A stretch of 64,000 nucleotides of DNA from a virus. Lineage: Duplodnaviria > Caudoviricetes. Shown in pieces: positions 1 to 9,122 of this stretch. The position numbers and the translations under genes are program-made. The stretch is taken from the IMG/VR virus record IMGVR_UViG_3300032233_002382, positions 192,001 to 256,000 of that record. One strand, written 5' to 3'. The notes under the pieces are model-generated. The model ran no database searches. It saw only the letters and a program-made list of their open reading frames with translations, and was not told where the DNA came from. Numbering within the stretch: the stretch's first letter is position 1; every line of letters begins with the position of its first letter.

Positions 1-40
1 AGTGGGGACACTGTTTTAATGTGGCAAAATCATAACTCAT
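1..40 (-). CDS. 5' fragment of next baseplate-region gene (MSYDFATLKQCPH...), runs off window
   Basis: AGGAGG SD then ATG at 40 on minus strand; open to window edge. Confidence 0.7.
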   Translation of the reverse strand, partial: MSYDFATLKQCPH

Positions 41-51
41 GACGCCTCCTA

Positions 52-822
52 TTACATATCACCAGATTCATTAACCGCTTCTTCCTCGTCCAAAGAAGAA
101 GGACCTAAGCCATCTTCAGCATTCGCGGCGATAAGATCAGCTTCTCGTGTAACGTCAACCACTTCACCAACTCGCCCCGAAATAGGGTCGCCGGTCTTTG
201 CTATCAACCCCATCGAACCTAGCATTAGAGCAGTATTTATGATATCCTGCTGTTTGAAGTCTGCGGAACTCAGTGGGTCTACCCGCATTTCTTTAAGCAT
301 GTCGATTTCAAGCTGGATATTGTCAGAATAATCTATAGTCCTTTTGATTTTGAACTCCAGATATTCTCGTTTCCTCTTAATAATTTCGAGCATCCAACGC
401 TTGGCGACTTCGGTCCGAACTCCGATATCGCGGTCGAATCTAGCAGATTGCACTCTGGTGCCATCGCTTAGGGTACTCGAATATCCACCGGTTACGTTGT
501 CGGGATCATTCGTCAATCCGGTGCCAGGAGCAAGAGTTACCGGCTTATCCCTGGTTCTTAGAAAGAAATCCTTTTCCGGTACTCCCCCCATGGCTCTGTA
601 GGCGGCAAGCAACTTCGCACCGTAGCTGATATCTGGGGAAGCCGAATATTTTGAAGGCAAGCCAGTGTCTGAATCGAAGGTCGTGGTGAATTTTCCGACT
701 TTCTGTAGCAACATGTTTAAGTATGCTATACGATCTTTAATATCCTGCTCTTGATATTTCGAAAATTTGTTTAGAGCGTTAAGCTGATCAAGTGAGGCGG
801 TGCCATAAAAGTTAAACGCCAT
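52..822 (-). CDS. hypothetical baseplate-region structural protein (256 aa)
   Basis: AGGAGG SD; tightly packed downstream of spike/wedge genes; function from position only. Confidence 0.6.
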   Translation of the reverse strand: MAFNFYGTASLDQLNALNKFSKYQEQDIKDRIAYLNMLLQKVGKFTTTFDSDTGLPSKYSASPDISYGAKLLAAYRAMGGVPEKDFFLRTRDKPVTLAPGTGLTNDPDNVTGGYSSTLSDGTRVQSARFDRDIGVRTEVAKRWMLEIIKRKREYLEFKIKRTIDYSDNIQLEIDMLKEMRVDPLSSADFKQQDIINTALMLGSMGLIAKTGDPISGRVGEVVDVTREADLIAANAEDGLGPSSLDEEEAVNESGDM

Positions 823-824
823 GG

Positions 825-3131
825 TTAACCTCCTCCTGCCTTCAGTAAATTCGCCAGCGCTTTAACCGCATTTACACTAGATGTAACTGATTCCGGTCCT
901 GGGCCTCCAGCTGTCGCCACGAAACCGAGATACAAACTGTTGGATGAATATCCGGGTAACTTCGAAGGTTTATCTTCCGAGGAACTTAAGCCAGACACTA
1001 AGCCGTCGAGACCATCGTTCGTATCTACGAACAGCAGAGAGGCCGTTAGCGAAATGTCTAGGAGGTTTACTATCGCCACGATCGTCTGTACCACGGTCTC
1101 AAGCTGCTTAATTCGATAAACTAGAGACTGTTTGATTTCATCTATTTTCTTACCGATATCATCAAGAGCCTTCACTAAGTTAAACACGAATTGTTCGAAA
1201 TCTCGCAAGAAGAATGATATGTCGGGAAATAGAGATCCTACCGAAATCGTGCTCCAAGAAAGCCAAGCCTTCTGGGGCGTGACCGGGATAGTGCAAAGCG
1301 CCATCATTTCAGATAGATTTTGGCGCTCCTCAGCAGTGATACAGGATAAAGGGCATTGTTTAGTTATGAAATCCTCGCCTGCCGTGGTATCTAAACTTAC
1401 CGTTCTTCCAGTATCAACATCTGTTTCGACAAAGGATAAAATCGAATCCATGCCAGGCTTACTTAGGCCGTTAACGATTTCGCCCTTAGAAATGTCTGGA
1501 AATCCCCACCGATAATCAGGAATATAGTAACCAGGCTTTTCAGACAAGAAAGTGAGTTCATCACCGTCATCGTCGGGTGCTGGTGTGTAATCATCTCTTT
1601 GCTTGTCGGTGCGAATCACTTTTCTAACTAGTGTCTTAACCCCTCGTTTATTCCAATAATCTGAAAGCCTTTTGTAAAGCCCAGCGTCTGAATACATTCT
1701 TGCGACAATAAGATTTGTTAGCTCCCGGACTGCTGCTCTAGCAAACGGTCCTTCGCAGAAGGATTTACTATCCCCATACGAGCGCTTCCAAGGCAGAAGT
1801 ACGGCGCCTATCTGCGTAGCCTTCCCATATCCAGTTAGCTGCGCGCTACCGTACGCACTTGTTGCAGATACTGACGGTAAGTCCACATTGAGCATCGCGC
1901 CTAGCAAAAGTGTATCGAATATGTCTTCATATGGATTAAATTCGCTAAGACTAAAAATGGGAACGACACCACGAACCACAGAGCTATGCTTGCCAACTAC
2001 CGTGCCTTTTGAGTTCGGATTATAATTCACAACAGGAATAGAGAGATTCTGGATGTCGTACCATCTAGACCCCTCTTTCGTTATGTCGGTGTCTTTGATG
2101 CTTAAGTACGGATCTATTTCGCCGCTATACGCTGACACTCTATAGTAATATGACTGTCCAGCGACGACATCAGTATCTATATATGTGTAGTTATTCGACA
2201 GAAATCCTAACGCTCCGCCTCTAAATGTGTCGTCATATTTTATTCGCTTTTCAAAAAATCGATATTCAGTTGAGTTATCCTTCTCTTTTATGCTTTCCGT
2301 GGCGGGAGGGGACTGTAATCCGTACTGTTCGTATATACTTTCGTTCAGTTTTCCTTGGGCGGCATTATTCACTTTTACCGTCAGTAGTTTTCCTGGGATG
2401 CCGTCGACATTTACTTGTGTACGCTCGATGAGGAAATAAGGATACCTATAAGAGTTTATGATGCTGGCCGTGGAGTTAAAAAACCCAGGTACATTAGATC
2501 CGCTTGAGTCAGCTTGCATCTCCCACTGAAGAACAAGAGAGTTCGACTTTGAACCACTAAAAAGATCTTTGAATGTAGCCAGTAAAGCGCCTGCTTGATC
2601 GACACTCTTGACCGTTAAGTTCACCGGGGAGGGTAAATTCAGCCAAGCACTTGATGGAGTGTTATATAAATAACGAAGCGTATTAATGAATTCATATATT
2701 CTTCTAAAATCGGTCACGCTAATGTAACCGATCAACATAAATGCAGATGAACCCTTCGTATACTTCGGTGCGTTGACGTCTGTTTGATCAGTTAGCTTAT
2801 TTACAACAGTCCTTTCGAACGCATCATATCCGCCATATACGGACGCCAACTGAGCGTTTATGGTAGGCAAACTGGTGTTCGGAATTACGGCTAAAAACGA
2901 AAGACCAGTTGCGTTTATGGTAGCGATGAGCTTTCGAATCAAAGCCAAAAGAAGCAAAAGAACTGCCTTGATTGGGCTGGTAAGCCCAATCAAAAACGTC
3001 TTGACAAAATCAAGGACTAACTCGACGACCTTTTCCGCTAGTTGCAATGCCTGTAATGCAGAAGTAAGTCCATCGCGAATAGGCTCAACGAATTCTTTTG
3101 TGTTTATAGAAGCATTAAGCCATTTCGACAT
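825..3131 (-). CDS. putative baseplate protein (768 aa) with helical termini and an FnIII-like YYYRVSAY segment
   Basis: long ORF with SD; synteny; function inferred from position. Confidence 0.55.
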   Translation of the reverse strand: MSKWLNASINTKEFVEPIRDGLTSALQALQLAEKVVELVLDFVKTFLIGLTSPIKAVLLLLLALIRKLIATINATGLSFLAVIPNTSLPTINAQLASVYGGYDAFERTVVNKLTDQTDVNAPKYTKGSSAFMLIGYISVTDFRRIYEFINTLRYLYNTPSSAWLNLPSPVNLTVKSVDQAGALLATFKDLFSGSKSNSLVLQWEMQADSSGSNVPGFFNSTASIINSYRYPYFLIERTQVNVDGIPGKLLTVKVNNAAQGKLNESIYEQYGLQSPPATESIKEKDNSTEYRFFEKRIKYDDTFRGGALGFLSNNYTYIDTDVVAGQSYYYRVSAYSGEIDPYLSIKDTDITKEGSRWYDIQNLSIPVVNYNPNSKGTVVGKHSSVVRGVVPIFSLSEFNPYEDIFDTLLLGAMLNVDLPSVSATSAYGSAQLTGYGKATQIGAVLLPWKRSYGDSKSFCEGPFARAAVRELTNLIVARMYSDAGLYKRLSDYWNKRGVKTLVRKVIRTDKQRDDYTPAPDDDGDELTFLSEKPGYYIPDYRWGFPDISKGEIVNGLSKPGMDSILSFVETDVDTGRTVSLDTTAGEDFITKQCPLSCITAEERQNLSEMMALCTIPVTPQKAWLSWSTISVGSLFPDISFFLRDFEQFVFNLVKALDDIGKKIDEIKQSLVYRIKQLETVVQTIVAIVNLLDISLTASLLFVDTNDGLDGLVSGLSSSEDKPSKLPGYSSNSLYLGFVATAGGPGPESVTSSVNAVKALANLLKAGGG

Positions 3132-3138
3132 ATATCAC

Positions 3139-3285
3139 CTACAGACCGCGTTTGAGAGATTCTAAATGAGAGAGCTCACGCTTTCTCTCATCAATAACAT
3201 CCCTAAGCACGTCGGCTATTTTGGTTAGCTCACGAGTCACACTCGAGCTATTGAGATTAGAAGGAGCTACCCACTTGAAGTTCAC
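3139..3285 (-). CDS. small coiled-coil protein (48 aa; GTG start overlapping upstream TGA)
   Basis: GTGA start/stop coupling at 3282-3285; the ORF-track start at 3423 lies inside the upstream gene. Confidence 0.5.
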   Translation of the reverse strand: MNFKWVAPSNLNSSSVTRELTKIADVLRDVIDERKRELSHLESLKRGL

Positions 3286-6200
3286 AGGGATGCCATCGCT
3301 TGAAGCATCAGACGTTTCTGCTGGTTTTCGATGAATTTCTGAGTCGATTCTTCCCGGTTCAAAGTCGACAGGTTCTTCTTCGTTATGAACCCGTTTGTCT
3401 TGTCCGTGCGTTGACTGATCCATAGAAATCTCCTATTATATAAAGAGTCACCGGATTTACACAGATTCTCGATTAATCCTATTAAATCATCCCTGTTTTG
3501 TGATCTCACGCCTAACTGGTTTAATCGAGTAGTCTTATCAGTCAAATCAACGCCGCTTCTCCAGTTAACGGTCTGATCCAAAAATGTATTGGTAGTCGCA
3601 AATGCAGTGGCTAAATATTGCGGAATCAAGTCGGTCATGAAAGTATAACGATTCAGAAGAATGTATGGAGCCGTGTCGAGTGTACTGAACCCATAATATG
3701 GGGAATTGGTCGAAACGGTTAGAATGTTTCCATTCGAGCCAGTGACCTTATAGAATCCCAAGTTAGGACCAGAAGTCACATAGACATACGTTAAATCTGA
3801 TACCGTGAATGTTTGTGTAGAATCAGTTAGTGTATCCCCGTCGAGCATAGCAGTGCTTGAGATTAAATTCTGACCAAAGTATCGAGCTACATAGTCCAAA
3901 ACCGCGAGCTCATTTGCAGGTTTAGGGATCTGAGACGGAGGAGTTATCGGTATGTGTTGATTCGTCGATAAGACTCTGACTAAACTATCTAGAGTAGAAA
4001 GGTAAGACTCATACTCGGAAGATTTTACAAACGACTCTGGAGATGGTGTAGCACTAGTAAAAGGAGCCGTAACAGTGAACTTTGTACTCGAAACGACTTG
4101 GTCTACGGTTCTTGTTTCGCCACTGTTGCTTCCAGAGATAAACGTGATCCGCTCACCAGATTTCAGAGTCGGCAACGAAGGGTTTGTCAGTGTTATTTTA
4201 TCTGGAAATATTGCAGCTTTACCGAAGTTGTTCGAATTGTTCAGATATTCGACTTCGTCTGTAGTGTAGTCCGATTCCGACATAAAATGAACGGGAGGAA
4301 CAGGATAAAAGCCATTGTCGTTGTCCGTTCCACCGAACAATGCCGGGATTTTCTTCGGGGTCGTGCTCACGTTGGTGTAATCGACGCGCGAAGAGAGCAC
4401 TTCGTTTGGGTAAACTACATCTTGGATATCTAAGAATTGCAAAAAATCATATAGATCGTTCTTAATTTCCCCGGTGTCATAATTTATGTCGAAATCTCTT
4501 GAAGGATTATAGAACCGATTATCTTGGTAAAGCGATTCATCATTAGAGTCATTCTTAATTTGATTGTTTAATACTATGCCGCCGACATTGACCGCCACAG
4601 GATCTTGAAGCGTGATAACGCAGGGAGCGTCTCCTGCCACACTAATGATTATATTAGACCCGACAAAAGTGCCATCGTCTGAAAAAATAGATACAGGTGC
4701 TTTTTGCTTAAATGGTGGATTTAGAGCAGTCGAGTCCCCATTCGATCCGATTTGGACTACAGTATCAGAAATGCGTTTGAACCTGAAAGAAGATCTTGCC
4801 GAGACGATAGTTTTAATATCAACGAGGTTCGTCAGACCCACGTTTCCTATAACCTGACCTCGTAGCTCGGAGTCTGCATCTGTTTTATCATTAAACACGA
4901 AGTTCCGATTAGCAGATGTAGGGAATAACCGAGAATACTGTGAATAATCATAAAGAGGCTTGTAAATTTTAACGGATTCGATGTCAAAAAAGGACACTAG
5001 TTGGAATTCATCGTAAACGAATATTCGATCATCAATGTCATTACGAATCGCGGCGGGATTATCGCGGTCTACACCTTCAGATAAGTTAAACTTAAACTTC
5101 CCGGAAAGGCCGCCGATTATTCGGCCATCGTAATTCGCTAGATTGTCTTCAAGGCCATTCGTAAGGTCGTTATAATAAAGCAACAGTCGTTTTGTAACTA
5201 AGTCAAGGTTAGCATAACGTTGCTCATCGAAGTACAGGCTCGGAATTCCTCTAGATTTTAAGTTCAGAGAAACGGAGTATGAAGTAATCGGGCCGGATGA
5301 TGTCTGGTTTGTAGACGAAGAAACGGCCTGACTAACTTCTGGAACATAAGAGAGAACCGTCTCGATTCTGTAATAAAAAGAATCTGGACCATACAAATCG
5401 AATTTTCCTATCAATCTTTGGTCTATGAGGCCATTTGAGTCGTTAGGCGATAAACTGCATGCATAATTCAGATTAATGATCGTGCCTGCGGGAAGGGTCT
5501 TCCGAGCCACATAAAAAGCGAGTAGCGAATGACCTCTCTGAAGAGAACTTGCCAGCTTGATCTGTCCACCATCCGATACGATATAATCAGCCGGAGAGTT
5601 CAGCAATCTAGGGCTATTTGATATTAAAAATAGATTAAATGGACTAGAAGTAATGGCAGATTTCTTGGTCGACAGTAGTGTCGGTGGATCGGTCACTGTA
5701 CCTAAACTAAATCTCACTTCTGGGAAGAGATAATTTCTAGATGCTGCATTCGATACCGATACTGTCGTCTTAAGATCGGCCCCGATTTCCGAAGCTATAA
5801 TTAAGAACAGGTCATCATCAAGCTTTATGAACTGACCAGGCTTCAAATCTAGAGTCGCGTTAATCGTTATCGAAGTTTGATTCTGAGCTACTGTGGCAGT
5901 CGAGAATTCTTGAACATCCGTAAAGGTAATTGGGTCACAGACTTTAAACTCCCCAGCGTAATCGAATTGTATTTCACTGATGAATTCAAGCTTCGTAGTG
6001 TCAGACGTGGAGTCGTAGACTACTGATTGCACGGGAAGTAAATATTTATCTAAATAATAGACTACACCGCCCACTTTAATGCTGTTGGAGAGATCGCCAT
6101 TTAAGACCAGCGAGTTTGTCGTTGCAATAAAAGTAGGCTTATCAAGAATAACTGGGCTATACTGAGTGTTAAAGCTACGATTTCCGCCAGGGCTTTCGGC

Positions 6201-8546
6201 AACATAGTATGTTACGGTTATACGCTGATTCGTGAAAATATTGGGGAGAATTAGTTTATTAGGAGCTTCGAAGTTACTAGAAGTTACTGAATACTCGACT
6301 CCATCCACATATACTGTAAACCCACGCTCTGGTATTACCGTAAGTCCATTCCGGTTAAAGAATACTGTATTAGACCCAGAAGTGTAGGAAGCGGTCTCTA
6401 ACTGAATTTTAGAAGCTAAATACTCTTCAAAGTCTTTCTCTTCGTAGCTAATACCACCTGTCGTCGAGATCGTCGCCGTATATCTAACAAAATAGACGCA
6501 GCCAGGGTCACTAGGTCTTATCAAGCTGACCTGACCGCTAGATGCAATAACTCGATATTCGGATTCTGAAAGCACTTGCAGGGGAGCACTGATAGAGCTG
6601 GCTCTAGATACCACGAATTTCTTCATAGGAGGATTCAAAATCTCCCAGAAGTTATCTGCTATTGTTTCATAAGTAGGTTTAACATCAATAGTCGCCGGAC
6701 CAAGGCTTCGGAATGGTCCATTTATCTTTATGGTTTTCGAATTTGGAACAGATAGGATTTTATAGACGCCAGCATTCAATCCGGCGTTAATTACCGCAAA
6801 CGCATTAGTATCTGAATTTGAAAAGACGTCCGATGTTGCCACAAACGTTCGTTCATCCTGAATGGCACCGTTTATATTACTTTTATTTATGGCTGAGCCT
6901 TCGCCTACGGATTCTAGAAATGTAATTAGACCCGAATTCTTATCGAAAGAATAGTCAGTGCCTTCATCTACCGGCAGACCGTTGAATTTTCCAGATATAC
7001 CTTGAGAAAACACGACAGAATCATCTAGCTTAAGAAAGCTACTAGGAGATGGCAAAGTTTTTGTAACTGTCTTTCGGTTGGAGAATTTAAACTGAGATGA
7101 ATTTATGTCGAGCAAATAACCGAAACCTTGCTGACTAGGGTTCGTGGCATCGACTAAATCTCCGATGAATGTACCACTACCTCCAGCGTTCTGATCAATC
7201 CTGAATCCAATATAGGGAGTTTGCAACGGTTTCGCAGGAATAGGGAGAAATGGGCTTGACCCTAAACCGTCTGAAATCACGGAATCGTTTATACGATAGT
7301 ATTCTATGAAATCAGGAACAACAGGGTTTCCGGGGCCGTTTACGGCGCTACGATACACCTGGACTGTAACACCCTTTTCAATAGACAAGTAAGTGTCAAC
7401 GGCTATGATCTCATATCCGTAAACGTCTCTATCGTTAGTCGCATTAAGCCAGACCTTACCATTCTTACTATTTATGGCAACAACTCCCGAGTCAAGGACC
7501 GGTTCATCTTCTTCGACTATTTCAGTATTAAAATAATAATTCGTTTCGCCAGTTTTCTTCGCGTAAAACACGAACCTTGATGAATCGGTCACATTCCTGA
7601 ATTTAGGATTAATTCCTACATAAACAGCATCTCTTACATTTGTATCAGAAACCAGCCCGACTGGGATCTGAGATAGAGTTAAAGATTGTAGGATTAAGCC
7701 GTCATATACTATCTCAAGTCCCTGGAATTTCGGATCCGACGCTACAAGTACACGTCCTGTATCAAGAGCGACATGAGCTACTTCCGACGACGTCGGAACC
7801 ACCATCTGGGCTTCATTATTAAAATAACTTACGGACAAGTATGGATAGTTCGCGATTTTAAGAAGCACTTTCGAATTTTTCGCGGGTACGGGATTCAAAT
7901 AAGCTACATAATTGTTATTATCATCTATCGTGGCTATGACCCCTTTTTCCTTGCTACGGTCATAGAACGATTGACGCGAGACGTAAACAGACTGACCTTT
8001 AAACCGAGCATCTTCTAAATCAAGAGGATTGAAATTAAACTCACCCGTTCTGGTGCTCACTTGAACACATCCAGCCGGGGGCGGGTTCAACCATCCGTTT
8101 ATTCCGACGTCTACTAGAATTACCTCGAATTTCGATATGACTGGAGATCCGACGGTTACTATATAGGGAGCTGAATCTAAGGAAGCAGAAATTGGAATGG
8201 CTGATTTGATACGCGGTTCGTTGCGTATGGCGCCACATGATATACGCTGAGCGCCTGGGTTGGGGAAAAACCTTCTCCCTACGCTGTCATACCCAAACCG
8301 AATTATCGAATCATTTTTCGTCCAGTTAAATCGTAAATTCGGATCGGATATCTCGAGACCTGAAGATCCGATGCTTTGACCAGAAACCCATATGCAATAA
8401 TCTGATCTTGATGTCGTCTGGTTAAATTCAGACGTATTCGAAGATAAGACTAGATTTCGAGGAGGGTAGAAATATGGATTACAAGATTCAGAATACCTAA
8501 TGCCTTCGAGAATTGCACCACTTGTGTTTAAACCCATACAAGACAA
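3282..8546 (-). CDS. large baseplate/wedge-type structural protein (~1750 aa), beta-rich multi-domain
   Basis: very long ORF after the spike genes; repeated Y-S/T-V/I-D-x-x-x-G-x-I beta motifs. Confidence 0.6.
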   Translation of the reverse strand: MSCMGLNTSGAILEGIRYSESCNPYFYPPRNLVLSSNTSEFNQTTSRSDYCIWVSGQSIGSSGLEISDPNLRFNWTKNDSIIRFGYDSVGRRFFPNPGAQRISCGAIRNEPRIKSAIPISASLDSAPYIVTVGSPVISKFEVILVDVGINGWLNPPPAGCVQVSTRTGEFNFNPLDLEDARFKGQSVYVSRQSFYDRSKEKGVIATIDDNNNYVAYLNPVPAKNSKVLLKIANYPYLSVSYFNNEAQMVVPTSSEVAHVALDTGRVLVASDPKFQGLEIVYDGLILQSLTLSQIPVGLVSDTNVRDAVYVGINPKFRNVTDSSRFVFYAKKTGETNYYFNTEIVEEDEPVLDSGVVAINSKNGKVWLNATNDRDVYGYEIIAVDTYLSIEKGVTVQVYRSAVNGPGNPVVPDFIEYYRINDSVISDGLGSSPFLPIPAKPLQTPYIGFRIDQNAGGSGTFIGDLVDATNPSQQGFGYLLDINSSQFKFSNRKTVTKTLPSPSSFLKLDDSVVFSQGISGKFNGLPVDEGTDYSFDKNSGLITFLESVGEGSAINKSNINGAIQDERTFVATSDVFSNSDTNAFAVINAGLNAGVYKILSVPNSKTIKINGPFRSLGPATIDVKPTYETIADNFWEILNPPMKKFVVSRASSISAPLQVLSESEYRVIASSGQVSLIRPSDPGCVYFVRYTATISTTGGISYEEKDFEEYLASKIQLETASYTSGSNTVFFNRNGLTVIPERGFTVYVDGVEYSVTSSNFEAPNKLILPNIFTNQRITVTYYVAESPGGNRSFNTQYSPVILDKPTFIATTNSLVLNGDLSNSIKVGGVVYYLDKYLLPVQSVVYDSTSDTTKLEFISEIQFDYAGEFKVCDPITFTDVQEFSTATVAQNQTSITINATLDLKPGQFIKLDDDLFLIIASEIGADLKTTVSVSNAASRNYLFPEVRFSLGTVTDPPTLLSTKKSAITSSPFNLFLISNSPRLLNSPADYIVSDGGQIKLASSLQRGHSLLAFYVARKTLPAGTIINLNYACSLSPNDSNGLIDQRLIGKFDLYGPDSFYYRIETVLSYVPEVSQAVSSSTNQTSSGPITSYSVSLNLKSRGIPSLYFDEQRYANLDLVTKRLLLYYNDLTNGLEDNLANYDGRIIGGLSGKFKFNLSEGVDRDNPAAIRNDIDDRIFVYDEFQLVSFFDIESVKIYKPLYDYSQYSRLFPTSANRNFVFNDKTDADSELRGQVIGNVGLTNLVDIKTIVSARSSFRFKRISDTVVQIGSNGDSTALNPPFKQKAPVSIFSDDGTFVGSNIIISVAGDAPCVITLQDPVAVNVGGIVLNNQIKNDSNDESLYQDNRFYNPSRDFDINYDTGEIKNDLYDFLQFLDIQDVVYPNEVLSSRVDYTNVSTTPKKIPALFGGTDNDNGFYPVPPVHFMSESDYTTDEVEYLNNSNNFGKAAIFPDKITLTNPSLPTLKSGERITFISGSNSGETRTVDQVVSSTKFTVTAPFTSATPSPESFVKSSEYESYLSTLDSLVRVLSTNQHIPITPPSQIPKPANELAVLDYVARYFGQNLISSTAMLDGDTLTDSTQTFTVSDLTYVYVTSGPNLGFYKVTGSNGNILTVSTNSPYYGFSTLDTAPYILLNRYTFMTDLIPQYLATAFATTNTFLDQTVNWRSGVDLTDKTTRLNQLGVRSQNRDDLIGLIENLCKSGDSLYNRRFLWISQRTDKTNGFITKKNLSTLNREESTQKFIENQQKRLMLQAMASL

Positions 8547-8549
8547 TAC

Positions 8550-9122
8550 CTACAAAAGCTTTCCAGTTCCTACCATGGCCGAAGGGATGAAAGAACCGGA
8601 ACCGGTTATCACAACTCCTACAATAGCGCTTGGCAGACAGGTATCTATCGCATTACCAACAGCAGTAGCATACTGAGGTATTGCGGTCCCAGTCAGTCCG
8701 CTACTAGCCAGTCCAGTTAGGATAAAGGGTATTGCACCCACTGGAACCAGTACTCCAGCACCGACACCTATCCCGACAGTAGGGGAAGGAACCGAAATAG
8801 TAGCAGTCGCCAAAATGGTACAAAGACTAATGCCAAGTGCAGTCGAAAGGGCTGGGATCATGTTGCCTGTCATGCCAGCTGCCGCGAATCCGGAACTGAA
8901 TGCTGGGATAGCAGTAGCAGGTGTTAATACAACAGTCCCGGTACCCTGTCCTACTCCAAGAATTCCAATGTCTAAAGTGGCCGAAGTCACAACACTTGTA
9001 AGGTAGGTAGCTATACCATTCCCAAGACCATTCGCAAGTTGAACGTTATTCGGACCAGCAACGCCAGTCGACACTAAATTGCCTAATATAATGCCCGATG
9101 CTGAAACAGGAGTTATTGGCAT
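8550..9122 (-). CDS. Gly/Ala/Thr-rich hydrophobic protein following the spike (possible spike tip)
   Basis: stop/start coupled to spike gene; very few charged residues. Confidence 0.5.
   Translation of the reverse strand: MPITPVSASGIILGNLVSTGVAGPNNVQLANGLGNGIATYLTSVVTSATLDIGILGVGQGTGTVVLTPATAIPAFSSGFAAAGMTGNMIPALSTALGISLCTILATATISVPSPTVGIGVGAGVLVPVGAIPFILTGLASSGLTGTAIPQYATAVGNAIDTCLPSAIVGVVITGSGSFIPSAMVGTGKLL

Noticed and set aside
3286-3445. TATAAT-AGGAGA-N5-ATG suggesting a nested gene start at 3423
   Set aside because: Lies in the coding frame of the 1754-aa gene (YNRRFLW); GTGA coupling at 3285 is more parsimonious, although a dual-coded extension cannot be excluded.
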